This document shows positions 29,380 to 42,115 of a DNA stretch of 64,000 bases, one piece after another (within the stretch, counting starts at the first letter, position 1; every line of letters starts with the position of its first letter). Made by a program: the position numbers and the translations under genes. The notes below the pieces were generated by a model. That model was not told the origin of the DNA. It ran no database searches and saw only the letters and a program-made list of their open reading frames with translations. The stretch comes from the human T2T-CHM13v2.0 reference genome, Homo sapiens: the NCBI RefSeq assembly GCF_009914755.1, contig NC_060947.1; one strand, 5' to 3'.

Positions 29380-29640
29380 GAAAAATAATAGTAATTACAA
29401 TAATTTCTAAAAGGTACTAAGCAGAGACTATACTATGTGCTTTATACATTTTTAAAATTTAATCCTTTCAGTGCTCGGAAGGAGGAGCTGTTATTTTTCT
29501 CCCCATTTTACACATTTGAAGATTGGGGATAGGTTAAAGGACTTACCCAGGGTCACACAGTTAGAAAGTGGCATAGAAAGCACTTAAATTCCCATCTCCC
29601 TGGCATCAGAATTGGTATTCATAAATCCCACCCTATTCTC
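29380..29640 (-). mobile_element. MIR
   Basis: CCCCATTTTACA...AGGTTAAAGGACTTACCCAGGGTCACACAG core. Confidence 0.7.
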
Positions 29641-30420
29641 AGGACCAAGTTTCCTTTGTGTGCACCAAGCCTCACAAAAAGAAATAGGACAATTTTGATT
29701 ATCCGGTTGAACTTACTCACCTGGGATTCTTGAATAAATAAAAATTTAAAAGGAGTTACTTAGGGCCAAAGTACATCCAAGAAGTAAGAGTAGGTATGAC
29801 TGAGCCTGATATAAAGATCTGCATTTAAAGTATTTAAGTAGTAAGTAGAAGGCTTTCACAAGTTAAAAGAAAAACAAACAATTGAGGTTAATTATAATTA
29901 GGTGAATTCTTTATGTTAAAGGAGAAATAACGATAAAAATAATTAAGTTAAACTGATATGTATACTAAAAGCTTGTTTACTAAAATTGAGATGAGCAGCA
30001 AAGAATATGTAGTAGCCTCAACTTACCTATCAAAAAGTGAACTTTACTATGCCATAAAACTTACAGTAGCCAGAGTGTCATAATCGGATTTCAGTTTTCG
30101 TAGGATCAGAGAGAAATTACATTTTAACTCTGATTAATTCCAACATCTTGTTAATTGCATACTTTGACAATCTAGTTCATGAGACCATTGACAGAATGTA
30201 AGATCAATTGTTTTTATTGAAGCTTTTCCAATTCTATTCCCTTCATAAAAATAAGCTGATACATTATATGGGAAAAATCTATATTTGTAACTAGAAAACA
30301 AACTGCTAAGCCAGTAACTTTGCTGAGGCAGGTAGCCTGCAGTATAAAGGGCATTTATTTTTAGGCAAACTGTAGGTGTTCAAGAATTTCCTATTGGCAA
30401 AGGCTATCTTGGTTAGCCAC

Positions 30421-30976
30421 TGTGCAGAAAAGAGTTGAGATACCATGCCTTAGCATTCTATCCTAAGAAATGTCTGCTTGTAACTTTGGGCCTTGGCTGG
30501 CATCTGATAACTTGGATTTCAAGAGAGTTCCTAACATTCCCAGAACTGATAAAAGTGGCTCATTGCGCCAAAACTGTGTGTACAACCAATGTGGTTTATG
30601 CTGAACCCCTGCTTTCCTTCTTGTCTGGAAATTTGGTGCATGATACCTACATGACCAGCCTCCAGTCAAAATCCTGGGTGCTGAGTCTCTAGTGAACTTC
30701 CCTGTGCAGAAACGTCACACACATGTTGCTGCATTTTTTTTTTTCTGGGGGAAGAGTTTGCTCTGAGTAACCCCTCATGAGAGGAAGAGAACATGAAGAG
30801 GCTAGCACATAGATTTGTCCACATTCTGCCTGAATCTTTTCCCTTTATGATCAGGCTGTATAATTATACTATTTCTCTAGTAAATCTTCCACATATGTAT
30901 GATTATTTGCTGAGTCCCATGAGTTTTTCTAATGAATTTCCAAACGTGGGGGGGGGTCTCAGAGACCTTTGACGCA
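30421..30976 (+). mobile_element. Complete MER68-like ERVL solo LTR (556 bp)
   Basis: TGTGCAGAAAAGAGTT start and CA end. Perfect 5-bp TSD GCCAC at 30416-30420 and 30977-30981. Confidence 0.85.
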
Positions 30977-32579
30977 GCCACTTTCCATAGGCATCTTACT
31001 TCCACAGACTTTAAAAAGCAGTACAGGGTTAATATGTTCCATCAGAAATTTGTGGAGAGACTTGGCATTTGGCGACTGTGCTGATAATATAAATAAACTC
31101 CAAATATATTCGCAATATGTGATTTCAATACATCACTTTGCAATGGGCATTTTGCACAGTGAAACGGAAGGAAATCAGGAAGGCAGTGGATGTACACAGC
31201 AGAAACAATAGTGGACTTTTAAAGAAAAATAAGCACAAGTGTCATTGTTCTTTTATCCTTAGGGCACAATTATTCTTTGTTCTGAGAAATGTGAGAAAAA
31301 AAATCTAAGAAGCCATGTAAAGATCTCTTGTGGACTTCCAAAAATACCAGCTGAGGGAGAAAGTAGGCAGAGATAGAAAGGAATCATGTTATTAATTAAT
31401 GCTGTCTTTCAAAATTACAGAAACCACGTTTGCTACATTGTCGGTGTGTTCTGTCTGCTCTTTTTTTCAGATGTAGGAGAGCTGTTGAATATTTGTGAAC
31501 AAAGGAAGCAAAAATATTCCTACTCTATGTTTTGAAATTGAATTGAAAACAGAAAAGAAGAAAGCAGGGTGTTCAAACAGATCATCACATCAAAAGAAAA
31601 TATTCCTGCTATCAGATTAAATTAAAATGCTGATTCCATAATAAATATGTCACAAAGAGCTACTGTAACACAATATAACACGTTGGAGACAATAACTCCA
31701 TGTACATCTTTTAAACACCACTGTAATTCTTTTCTCATCCTTTAAACCAATGTGATTTTTTTAGAGTGAGTAAAATGTAGTGTTATGACAGTGTTGAACA
31801 CATTTCATGTAGTTTCACAGAGCATTTCCAGAAAATGAGTAGCAATTTAAGACAGAGATTTAATCTATTGAGAGTATGTCTCCAAATTATTTTCCTATTC
31901 TTTAAGATTCCTGTGACATTTATGCATCCTTGGCATCTACCCCCTTTATTTTTCCCCTCTCCATCCACTTACTACGTTATGTCACCTTATTTTTTTCCTA
32001 CAAATTAATGGCTTCTTAATGGAGAAGAAGTTAACATACTGGCCTTAAGGGGAAATGCAAGAGGATAGAATTCAAAGAAAGCTAATGAGAATGATAAACA
32101 GTTTGAGGACTGTAGATTTTTATCATTATCATAAAATTACTCTAATTGTAATGGCAAGCCTATTAAAATGATCTGTCATTAAAATTGCAGTGCTGTGGCA
32201 AGTAATTTTGTCTATCAAATAATTTTAATATTGTCCTAAAATGATACTGTTTCAATGCTCTCAGTCCAGTTAGAATATATAAATCATTTATAACAATGAC
32301 ATTTTTGTTTCTGTTACACTCTTCTTAATAAAGTTGTATGGATTTGGCTTCACAAAATTTTGACTTTAAACTCTTTTAAGAAAGGGAAATGAATTCATCA
32401 CTCTTTGCTTGTACTTTTATCTGCACATTCCCCGACTCTTCCCAGTGCTTACTCCATAATAGGAATTTGAAAGGGGAAAATGTAGGGGGTTATAGGAATA
32501 CTCTACTCCTTTTGGTGCTATGTTATAAAAATTGTTTTTCCTTTTTAATTCATAATTGACAGGAGAACTACAACTGTAA

Positions 32580-33400
32580 TGATTTCAATTCTAGAATTTC
32601 CATTGAGTTCTTTTTTATAGTTTGATTTCTCTGCTGAGATTCCCTGTCCTTATATTCATTGTGAGAGTATTTTTATTTACTTTCCTGGGCATAGTTAAAA
32701 TAGTTCCTTTAATATCCTTGCCTAACAGTTTAGACAATTGCGTCATGTTAGGGTTTATCTCCGTTGATTGCCTTTTCTACTAAAAATAAAATGGGCCACT
32801 TTTTTTGTTTTATTGAGTAATTTTGTGTTTTACCCAGGATATTGTGAATGTTATGTTGTGGAGACTGTAGATTCTGTTATACCCTCCTGAAGAGTTGATT
32901 TCGATGTGGTTTTGTCGGCTTGTTTTTTTAATCAGGCACAACATTTGGTTGGTCTCAAAGTGCGTGGTCCATTTTCTGAAGCAGCAACAGTTCAAATTTC
33001 AGTTTATTTAGATTTAGCCGTGTTAACTTGAGCCTACCTGGCACATTTGTGGTTCAGCCACAGAAATGAAGAAAGTTTATAGAGAGAACTTGGCACACTC
33101 CCCCTCTGTCTCCTTTTCCGTGTCACTCCCTCACTTTCCCTTTCCTGTGGTTTCCCGGAACTCTGTCCTCTGAATCTTCAGGCCAGGAATACTACAAGTT
33201 TTCTATCAGAGTTTCAACCACTCCGTGTAGAGCCACCTTTGTTTTGTCCTAACGCTAAATGGTAAAAAACTAACCCTATCCCCTGTTCTTTCATTCAAGT
33301 TTCGAGTCTCCTTTTGGATATTTTCTTCCAAAATTTTGTTTTGTTTTGTTTTCCGTGGCAGGGTTGGATCTGGTAGAGCTACTCAGCTATACTATTAATA
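32580..33400 (-). mobile_element. Old L1M 5'/ORF1-region fragment
   Basis: TTCTAGAATTTCCATTGAGTTCTTTTTTATAGTTTGATTTCTCTGCTGAGATTCC is typical of antisense L1M ORF1. Confidence 0.6.
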
Positions 33401-33789
33401 ATAGCCAAACTCTACAGCTCTATGTGATTTCAAATATTACAATTGTAAAATAAACTTTGTGACTGTAAAAGTTTCTGTGCTGTTTTTGCTAGTTGCTAGT
33501 CAGATGTTATAATAAAATAATTTAAATCATTAATACAGCTAATAAAGGTGAGCCTACCAAATACAGCCTTTCTATAAGCTATTTAAAGTTTTGAAATAGA
33601 ATTTTTCAGAAGACCATAAAACAAAAATAGGAAGTAAATGGAAAAATAATTACTTGGTAATTCACATTATAAATTAAGGATATCTGAGAGACGAATAAGT
33701 GGCATTACAGAAGCCATAAGGTGAGAAGTAAATGAAAAGACTGTGACCTTGATTCTAAGTCATTGGAGATAAAGACATTGTAACTCAGT

Positions 33790-34127
33790 GTACATTTTCT
33801 CCCTCAAAGTCTAATGTGGGTTGGCAGGGGCTTTCCTACATTTGGTGACTCAGGAATCCAGCTTCCCACCATCTTGTGATGGTGCCATGTAGACATGCTA
33901 CCTCCATAACCTTTGCTACAGGGGAAAAGAGTGCCAGAGAGTTGTATGCAGCCATTTTACAGCTAGACCTGGAAATGTCATGCCACTTCTGCCTACCTCT
34001 CATTGGTTAGAACTCAGTGAAATGGCCCTAATGCAACTGCATCTGCAAAAGAGGCTGAAAATGATGTTCTTTTGTGTGTCTAGGAAAAGAAGGTAGTTTG
34101 GTGAACAAATAGCATGTCTATGCCACA
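33790..34127 (-). mobile_element. Old MLT1 (J/K-like) LTR
   Basis: CACTTCTGCC...CATTGGTTAGAACTCAGT...TTTGGTGAACAAATAGCATGTCTATGCCACA. Confidence 0.6.
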
Positions 34128-36295
34128 TTCTCCTTTTAATCAAGTCTAGCAGCAGAAGTAAAAAGACATGATTTTTACTCCAAATTTCTCTTCTCAATAA
34201 GGGTAGAGATAGTACTTTCTTTCCACAGAAAGAAACTTGCTACTTTTTGTGCAATATTACCAAGAACATTGAGAGAAACAAGATTACCTCAGAAAAAAGT
34301 ATTTATAGAGTTTATTTAAAGGGAGCAAAGGAATAAAGAGTAATATCTTTATTTATAGGCAGAATAATATTTTGGGAGTTTCTGGCATTTTAAATGTCAT
34401 TGCTGCTCCCTCTTAGTAGCAGTCTTCTTAGCAACCTGCTCTATGTTACAACAGCAATATAGAATGTGTGGTTGTTGTATAAGAGATAAAGGGTTTGTGA
34501 TTTCTGCGTTTTTACAAAGGTAATCTATAGCCTACATGGAGGTTAGGAGCACTGGAGACCTGTCACTGAGAGTTGGTGCAGCTGGGGCTATATTCATACT
34601 GATTGGCCTTTATCCCCAAGGAGGCTGGCGGCCTGCTTTGATCTTTCTTATGTCTCTCTGTCTTGGCATGTAAGAGAGACCTACATGTAATCCATTCAGA
34701 AACCTCAAAGCCTGCAAGGTCCTCCATTGATTAGATTACTGGATCTCTCCTTAAAAGCATTCCCTGCATTAGATTTTGGACTTATTATGCATCCATTGTT
34801 TTACTGTTACAGTTGACTTTATTATTATTATTGTTTTATTTAGAAGATCTTAGCTAACTTCCATAGAGGTTTATCTGGTTGGTTTCTTTAACTGTCTAAA
34901 CTCTTTTTTCAATTTTATTTAGTTAGTACTTAACATATTTAGTTTTATTTTTAAAACTCCTTTCATACACACATAAAGACAGGGAGAGAAGTAGAGAGAG
35001 AAAGTAAAAGATATATATAGTATGGTATTTTTGTAGAGAAAGTATCAAAAACGATTTTTCCAAAAAAGCCAACATCTCTTCTACAATAGATAATTTTAGC
35101 AAAAAAAATTATATTATTTTTAGTCTATAGCATTTTCTACTATAGAATTTATGTAAGATAAAGTATATGAAAAATAATCCCCAATAGTCAAAAGATAAAC
35201 AAACATAACTCATAATCCCATCATTCAATCACTATTTAATATTTAGAAAACTTTGCACTGAGAATTTAATGATGTTTATAAATGGATAGAGAGCAAATTC
35301 AGTATAAAATCAAGAACAGCTGGTTAGCTGAGTAGGTGGTTCATAGAAATAGAGTGGGAGATTTGAGACATTGACATTAGAAGAGCATAAAGCAATCAAA
35401 TGATTGAAACAGAGTGAAAATGTTATAAAGATATGGGTTTAAAATATTTAAAAGGAAAAGTAAAGGAAGTAGTAAGCCACAAGCAAAATTCCTTAAATCA
35501 AGAAGAATCCCTCTTGCTAGTTCATTGATGGAAAAGGTTAGAGATAGTTTATTAGCTTTCAATATAGAAAAAAAAATAATGTCACCCCTAAACCAAGTAA
35601 CATTACCCCTAAGAGCCCACTGGGACTTCAGCATAGCCAAAGTGAGTCAGAGTTTTCTTCCCAACTGAAATGAAGAGCATGAGGTAAAACTAATTAATCT
35701 AATTTTATGGTCCAAGTTGGGGAAAGAGCAATCTGGCAATTTCCTCACTGGATGCAAGAAAAATAAGTTATTCTGTTTATTTTTATCTTAGTTATATATT
35801 TTATATGTATGTCTAGCATCTTTTTTTCATACGAGTACTTCCATTTGGGATTGATAACAGAGAAAAATGCACACTCAGGCTAGATTTTACTTATTATTGA
35901 ATTCAAAATTGAATAAGAAATGGCTGTAAAAGCTCAAGAACTTACACAGAGTCATTAAATAATATGCAGGGGAGCATAATTGAGAGAACGCAAGGAAGAA
36001 GATAGGGAAGAAGATGAAAACAAAGGAGGGAAAGAGGGAAGGCATGTGAGAAGTAGGGAGGATTTTTCTTTACAATTCAAATAGATGTTGTTTTTAAAGG
36101 AAATGGGCCATGTATGCTACAAGTTCACAAATTCAATCTGAAAATCTCCATTACCAAAGTTCTTAAATTGCTTTCAAAAGAGATTACTGCTTATTTTCTC
36201 ATAGTTTAGGCATTCTAGGTATAATCCCTGCTTAAAATATCAATGTGATTAACTTTTTAGTTTACTTTTGGAAATTTGTCTCTAATCAAGCCAAG

Positions 36296-36790
36296 TGTAG
36301 CCAACCAAATAATGGTCACTAAAGGTATACATGTCCTAGTCTTTGGAACTTGCAAATATATTATCTAACATGGAAAAAGGGACTTCATAAATGTGATTAA
36401 CTTATGGATTTTGAGATGGTAAGATTATACTGGATTCTTCAAATGGGCCTTAAACATAATCACAAAGGGTCTTACAACAAGGAAAAAGAAGAGATTTGGT
36501 GACAGAAGAGGAAATGTGACAATGGAAGCAAGAAGTTGGAGTGATGTGAGGAAGAGGATGAAGGGAACCATTAGCCAAGAAATACTGGCAACTTCCAGAA
36601 GTTGCAAAAGGCATAGAAGCAAATCACCTGATGAAGCCTCTAGAAGAAACACACTCTGCCAACATCTTAATTTTAGACTTTTTTGGACTTTAGACAGTTC
36701 TGAGCTCCAGAACTGTGAGATATTAAATATATGTTGTTTTAAGTGTCTAAGTTTGTGGTTATTTGTTACAGCAACAGTAGGAAATAGGAA
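36296..36790 (+). mobile_element. MLT1D-like MaLR solo LTR
   Basis: TGTAG...AATAATGG start. End GTTGTTTTAAG...AAGTTTGTGGTTATTTGTTACAGCAACAGTAGGAAA. Confidence 0.8.
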
Positions 36791-36911
36791 GTAAGTCAGT
36801 TTGAATAGATCTGAAAGCTTTAGAAAAGGCTATTACATACATATAATATAAGGCTATATATATATATGGAGATATAGATGGATAGATAGACAGATGGAGG
36901 CATATCATTAA

Positions 36912-36945
<34 letters not shown>
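36912..36945 (+). repeat. (CTAT)8 tetranucleotide STR
   Basis: Read directly from the sequence. Confidence 0.95.
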
Positions 36946-36947
<2 letters not shown>

Positions 36948-37104
36948 AAACTTGACATCTGACATGTTGGATTTTTAATATAAAATGGAAAATAATTACA
37001 GTGCTGTAGCACATTCTCCTGGAATCATGTGAAGGTACTGTTATAATATGCAATATTGCTATACCACTGTGATAGTGGTAAAACGCAGATGAAATACAAA
37101 TGCG

Positions 37105-38052
37105 GCAGAAACTCTCTTAACTGACCTTCTCTTAAAGTAGTTGTAGATTAAGTGATGATCTCCGTTTCAACTGTAACACATAGAAACTTATGTTCACAGC
37201 ACCTCGAATATTCTTGGACAATAATACTCCTGCTTACTTCTGATCCCTCCACTTAAGTGCTGTGTTCTAAAAAGAGTTGTATTTTATCCCCAAACTATTT
37301 ACTTTAATTGTATGTCTATAATTTGATCATAAATATTGTGATCCTTTATACACAGTTTTAATTACATAATTTGACTAAAATGATAAATATAAATTAAAAA
37401 GAAATTTCTTGTTTCCTTAAAATGTTTTGGAAAGATTTAATGCTAATGAATAGCTACTAAAAATTGTTGCTAAAGTATGTATGGGGGAGACAACTTAAAA
37501 GTTTTTAAAGCAATCATAAAAAATCTGGAAGGGTTCCATACTTAGATTGCTTCCCAAATGTCTTTAGTTTCTTAAAGTTCCTCCTCTAAAGACATCCAAA
37601 AATGGAAATCAGAGATGATGTTATCTTGATTAAGAGCACAACTTAAGAGCCAGACATCCTGTGCTTTAATTTTATCTCTACCATTTACTAATCATAAGTT
37701 TCAGGCAAGTTTCTTACCCTCATATGTAAAATGAGGATAATAATAGTTGCTACCTCCAAGAGATAGTGGGAGGATTAATAATAGCTAGTGCATAGTAAGT
37801 GCTCAATTATTAATATTAATATTATTACTGCTACCATTTATGTGGTTAATTCAAGAATGACTACCTGGAACATTTATTGGTGGAACCATACTCAAAGAAG
37901 AGGCTTGGGCTTTATGTCAAAAAAAAAAACCTGATAAATAAATTCACATGTTATCTTTACGTTAAAATAAATTTTTCAGTCCTCTTCTTTGGCCAACTTT
38001 GCCAATTAACAAACCAGTTCCAATCCTAATCACTTCTGATGAAGGGTTTTCT
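37105..38052. mobile_element. Tigger-family DNA transposon relic with a nested MIR (about 37630-37830)
   Basis: TIR-like CAGAAACTCTCTTAACTGACC ... CTGATGAAGGGTTTTCT. MIR core GGCAAGTTTCTTACCCT...TGTAAAATGAGGATAATAATAG. Confidence 0.45.
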
Positions 38053-39124
38053 TATAGATTGATTTAAATTTCTGTAAATTATTAGCTTAAAACACATATA
38101 TAAGACACAAATTTTGTGAAAATTCAAAGCTCCTGTGACATATAAGCATCACTCCACCCAATCTTTTCTTCTCATCCTTGTTTTTAAGATTAATAGTCTA
38201 AAACAATGAAACAATATGCCTGCAGCCCATAACACCCCATCCCACTCTGATTCTTCTCTTCTGTCTCAATGCACCACTCATCTTATACAAGGGTCAAAGC
38301 CCTTTCAAGCTGAAATTGTCTTCTGCTGGCCCAAAAGAATTCCCTTTGTATCTGCTTTCAAACATTTCAATGTTGTTGAATCTCTGTTATTATCTTACCT
38401 TACAGAACCATGCTGAAATAGACGGTTTTAGAGCTATCCTGAGACCTAGCTTGCTGTATTGCCCAGGATCACCCAGAGAGGCCTATTGAACAGAAACAGA
38501 AAACAGGAAAGTTACAAAAGAAACAATTTCTTTTTTCTTCTTTGGGATAATAATAACTACTTATGGTTAGACAATAAAGGACTGAAGTGAAAAGAGTAGT
38601 GGGATCCCAGGTTGCTTCTGGTAAAATCATCTCAATGTTTTAGTAATTAGGAATTGGGCTTTACTCAAATGTTTTATATTGGAAGTTTGTAATTATTTGG
38701 GGACAAACTGTTCCCTACTTTTTGGATTGGATTAGGGCAAAATACCCCAAAGCCTACAGCTGATTATCAAAAGGGAAGGAAGAAAGTATCATCCAAAAGT
38801 ATGTATTAAGGTCAGGCTTTGTTGGGCTTCTTCCCAAGGATTATAGGAGACTTGGCTCCTTCTCCCAGCACTAATAGATTAAGGAAAATTAATTCAGATT
38901 GTGATGAAACTTAAGATACATTAGAGCTGAAGACAGAATGGCCAACAAACATTCAGACTAAGTAGAGAGAAAAGAGAAAATTACTAAATATTGCCAATTT
39001 TATGTTTCTGTTCTGAAAGCTGGATGTTTGTTTGACTAAAGGAATTCAGGATTCAAATGTCTTAGATTAAGAATCACAGCTTTTAGCATTAAAAGTGAAA
39101 ATCACGGTTCAGAGGTAATAGCAC

Positions 39125-39420
39125 AAAGTGAGATGTCAGAAGATTTGGATTCTAGTTCCAGCTCTACCATGTATCAAGGTGAAATTTATGAAATCTCTTA
39201 CTCTCTCAGAGATGAGTTCACTGGGACCAAACATTTATTGGGCTTTAATCTAGAACCTTAGACGCAGTGTTTATCCTTTCCTAGTTTTGGATTCATTATT
39301 TGAAAGCTGGGGATAATAATAGAACCAAACTATTATAGGTAGAAGTGATGATTAGAAGGAATAATGTATGTAAAGAGCATAGCACTGTGTCTGGCAGCTA
39401 AAAAAATATATTAGCTGTAA
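39125..39420 (+). mobile_element. MIR fragments
   Basis: TGGATTCTAGTTCCAGCTCTACCA...GGGATAATAATAG...ATAATGTATGTAAAGAGCATAGCACTGTGTCTGGCA. Confidence 0.65.
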
Positions 39421-39859
39421 TTTATCTATCCATTTGTTAAAGATGAGGTCAGAGAGACTGGCAAAAAAGGAACACATGTCAGAATTGATGGCATTAGGTG
39501 ATTAAAGGAGAGCAATTGTTAAGTCATTATTTATAATTTTTTCAGCCTCTGAAGAAATGTTGGTACTCCAGAGCAAGTCCTCAAGTGACCACACCCTAGT
39601 CAATCAATCAAATTTCTGATCACAGATCTTAACTTTTCTATGTGAAGATCCAGAGTCTGTGAATAACTTTTTCATAGTACCCATTCTGTCTACTTTTAAA
39701 TTAAACAATTAACCTTGGGAATACAAGAATGTGCAGAAACACAATTTATATGTGTGATTATTATTTTAGCTTTCATTCCAATATTAACTATACTGTCTTA
39801 ATACTGGTTACTACCCCACAACAATTCAGAACTGTTTAGCCACCAAGAAGATGATCCAA

Positions 39860-40285
39860 ATTCAATGAGGATTAGAAGAGGTTTTGGGGAATGCTAGAGA
39901 AATAACTTCTGTGAAAGGTAAATGGGGGAAGAAGCAGGATTGGGCAGAGAAAGCCTTAAGCCTGAGATGTTGATTTGATACCTTTGAAAGGCAAGTGGGG
40001 AGGAAGCAAGTCAATGAAAACCTCAGACAAAGGTGCAAATTTGATAAAGTCTCAGCCAACCCAAGAGAGAGCTCGGGAGCAAAGACTGATGTTAGAGAAG
40101 TGCTGCACTAGGTAGAAATGGCCAGGCATCAGTACCCCATGGTGCTCAGTCAGTTGGTGGAAATTGCCCAAAAAGTATGCATTGGCTTTCAATGCATACT
40201 TTGAAGATGGTTCTACTCCTTGTAACTAAACAGCAGTTTTCTTTCTTGACGGAAGATCTGACTGGTGTACCAGAATGAGTGCCAA
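39860..40285 (-). mobile_element. Old ERVL LTR (LTR16-like)
   Basis: GAAGCAGGATTGGGCAGAGAAAGCC...AAAGTCTCAGCCAACCC...GTAGAAATGGCCAGGC. Confidence 0.45.
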
Positions 40286-41585
40286 AGAGAGTTTCCCATA
40301 ATATATATACCTTCAATATATTTTATTAGAATAAGAGTTTTTTCTGTTTTTCATACCTGACATAATTTTAAATTGTATAATTTAAAGCATTTATATATTT
40401 TCTTGTATATACTTTACCAAATTCTTGAGTTGCTAATTTTACATAACAAATTACAAATTATAGTAGAGGATTTTAAAATATATATTTAAAGTTGATTTAC
40501 TTTATTTTTAAGGCAACTAAGTAAAATATTCTTTCCTGTATTCTCAAATATAACAATAAAGTTGGCATTTAAAATGCTGAGATAACTAACCATAACATTT
40601 CATCCATATTTTTCATTAAATTAAAATTCGTAATTTTGAAATAATATTTTTGTTATTGCGAGCACATTTTAGATGCAAAACCAACATGCTCTATTAGTTT
40701 TCCAGTTGTTTGAGAAGAGAAGCTATATCTGTATATTCCAAGTATATTCTAAGAAGTTCTATACTGCAATTGTAATGAACAAAGAATCACTGCACATTTT
40801 TGGAATGTGATAAAAGAGTATTTAAAATATACCCTTCACATCTGTGAGTCATATAAATCATTCATTGAAAATGAAATATGTTTCATACCTGCCTTCGCAT
40901 TTTACCAAATTCAGGATGATAGGCTATGGCTTTATATTACTGTATGATATAATGAATGCTGTAATCAAAATGTGCCATGGACATTAGAAATGAAAAGCCA
41001 TACTCTGATTATTCATTGTAACAGCAAACCAGATATATTCTCTCACAAATATTTTTACAGAGACATGTGCACAGATAGATTGATTATACAGATATATACT
41101 GGAATTTCAAATTCACTTTAAGACATTTTAAGATATGTGAATATTGGTTCCCTGGATAAACTAAAGATTTAAGAAATTTAATCACTAGTTAAATGATGAT
41201 CATCGTTATTATGTAACTAACTTCTGTATTCTGTAGCCAAAAGAAGTTCCCTGTATTCTGATGAGACTTAGTAAATATGGCTAGCAAAAACAGTTCATTT
41301 ATTTAACATTTCCTAAGTACACCACATTTTGCTCAGTATTTTTCCAACATTTTACTATAAAATTTTTCAAACATACAGAAAAGTGGGAAGAATTGTATAG
41401 TGAACACTCACCACCTGTATTCTACAAATAGCATTTAACTTCACTTGTTTTATCATATTTTTTCCATCCATATATTCATTTATCTGTCTTTACATCAGTT
41501 CAATTTATTTTTAATGCATCTGAAAGTAGGTTGATAAATCAGTACATTTCTCTTAAAATACCTAAGAATTAACTACAGTTTAATA

Positions 41586-41785
41586 CAGTCTGCCCTGTGT
41601 ATCCATGGGTTCTACATCTATGAATTCAACCAACCATGGATCAAAAATTCAGTAATTACCAGGCATGGAAAGGCCGACCTTTTCCTATCTGCAGGCTCCA
41701 CAGGGTCAACAGAGGACCATATGGGCAGATTTCGATATCTGCAGGGGTCCTGGAAACAATCTTTGCTGATACTGAGAGACAAAGG
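41586..41785 (-). mobile_element. MER2/MER2B Tigger-type MITE
   Basis: CAGTCTGCCCTGTGTATCCATGGGTTC...GGGGTCCTGGAAACAATC...GATACTGAGAGAC. Confidence 0.75.
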
Positions 41786-41827
41786 AACAACTATATTTAT
41801 TTGTGTGTGTATGGTGGTGTGGTGGTG

Positions 41828-42073
41828 GTTTTTTTTTTTCCCCAAGGTCCCAATGTGTCACCCAGGCTGGAGTGCAGTGGTGCTATCTGGCTCACTGTAA
41901 CTTCTGCCCCCGCCAGGGTCAAGTGATCCTCCCACCTAGGTTTCCTGAGTAGCTGGGACTACAGGTGCATACCTCCATGCCTGGCTAATTTTTGTATTGT
42001 TTGTGGAGACAGGGTTTCACCATGCTGCCCAGGCTGGTCTCAAACTCCTGGCCTCAAGCGATCCACCCACCTT
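41828..42073 (-). mobile_element. AluJ, truncated at its 5' end
   Basis: GTCACCCAGGCTGGAGTGCAGTGG...CAAGTGATCCTCCCACC...GCTGCCCAGGCTGGTCTCAAACTCCTGGCCTCAAGCGATCC. Confidence 0.85.
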
Positions 42074-42076
42074 GTA

Positions 42077-42078
<2 letters not shown>

Positions 42079-42112
<34 letters not shown>
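42079..42112 (+). repeat. (TG)17 microsatellite
   Basis: Read directly from the sequence. Confidence 0.97.

Positions 42113-42114
<2 letters not shown>

Positions 42115-42115
<1 letters not shown>

Noticed and set aside
30969-31211. 80-aa ORF after the MER68-like LTR
   Set aside because: Non-ATG start at the LTR edge, no recognisable homology, and a length within chance expectation.
34572-34610. VGAAGAIFILIG resembling the rhomboid GxSG motif
   Set aside because: The catalytic Ser is absent and there is no other rhomboid context; treated as coincidence.
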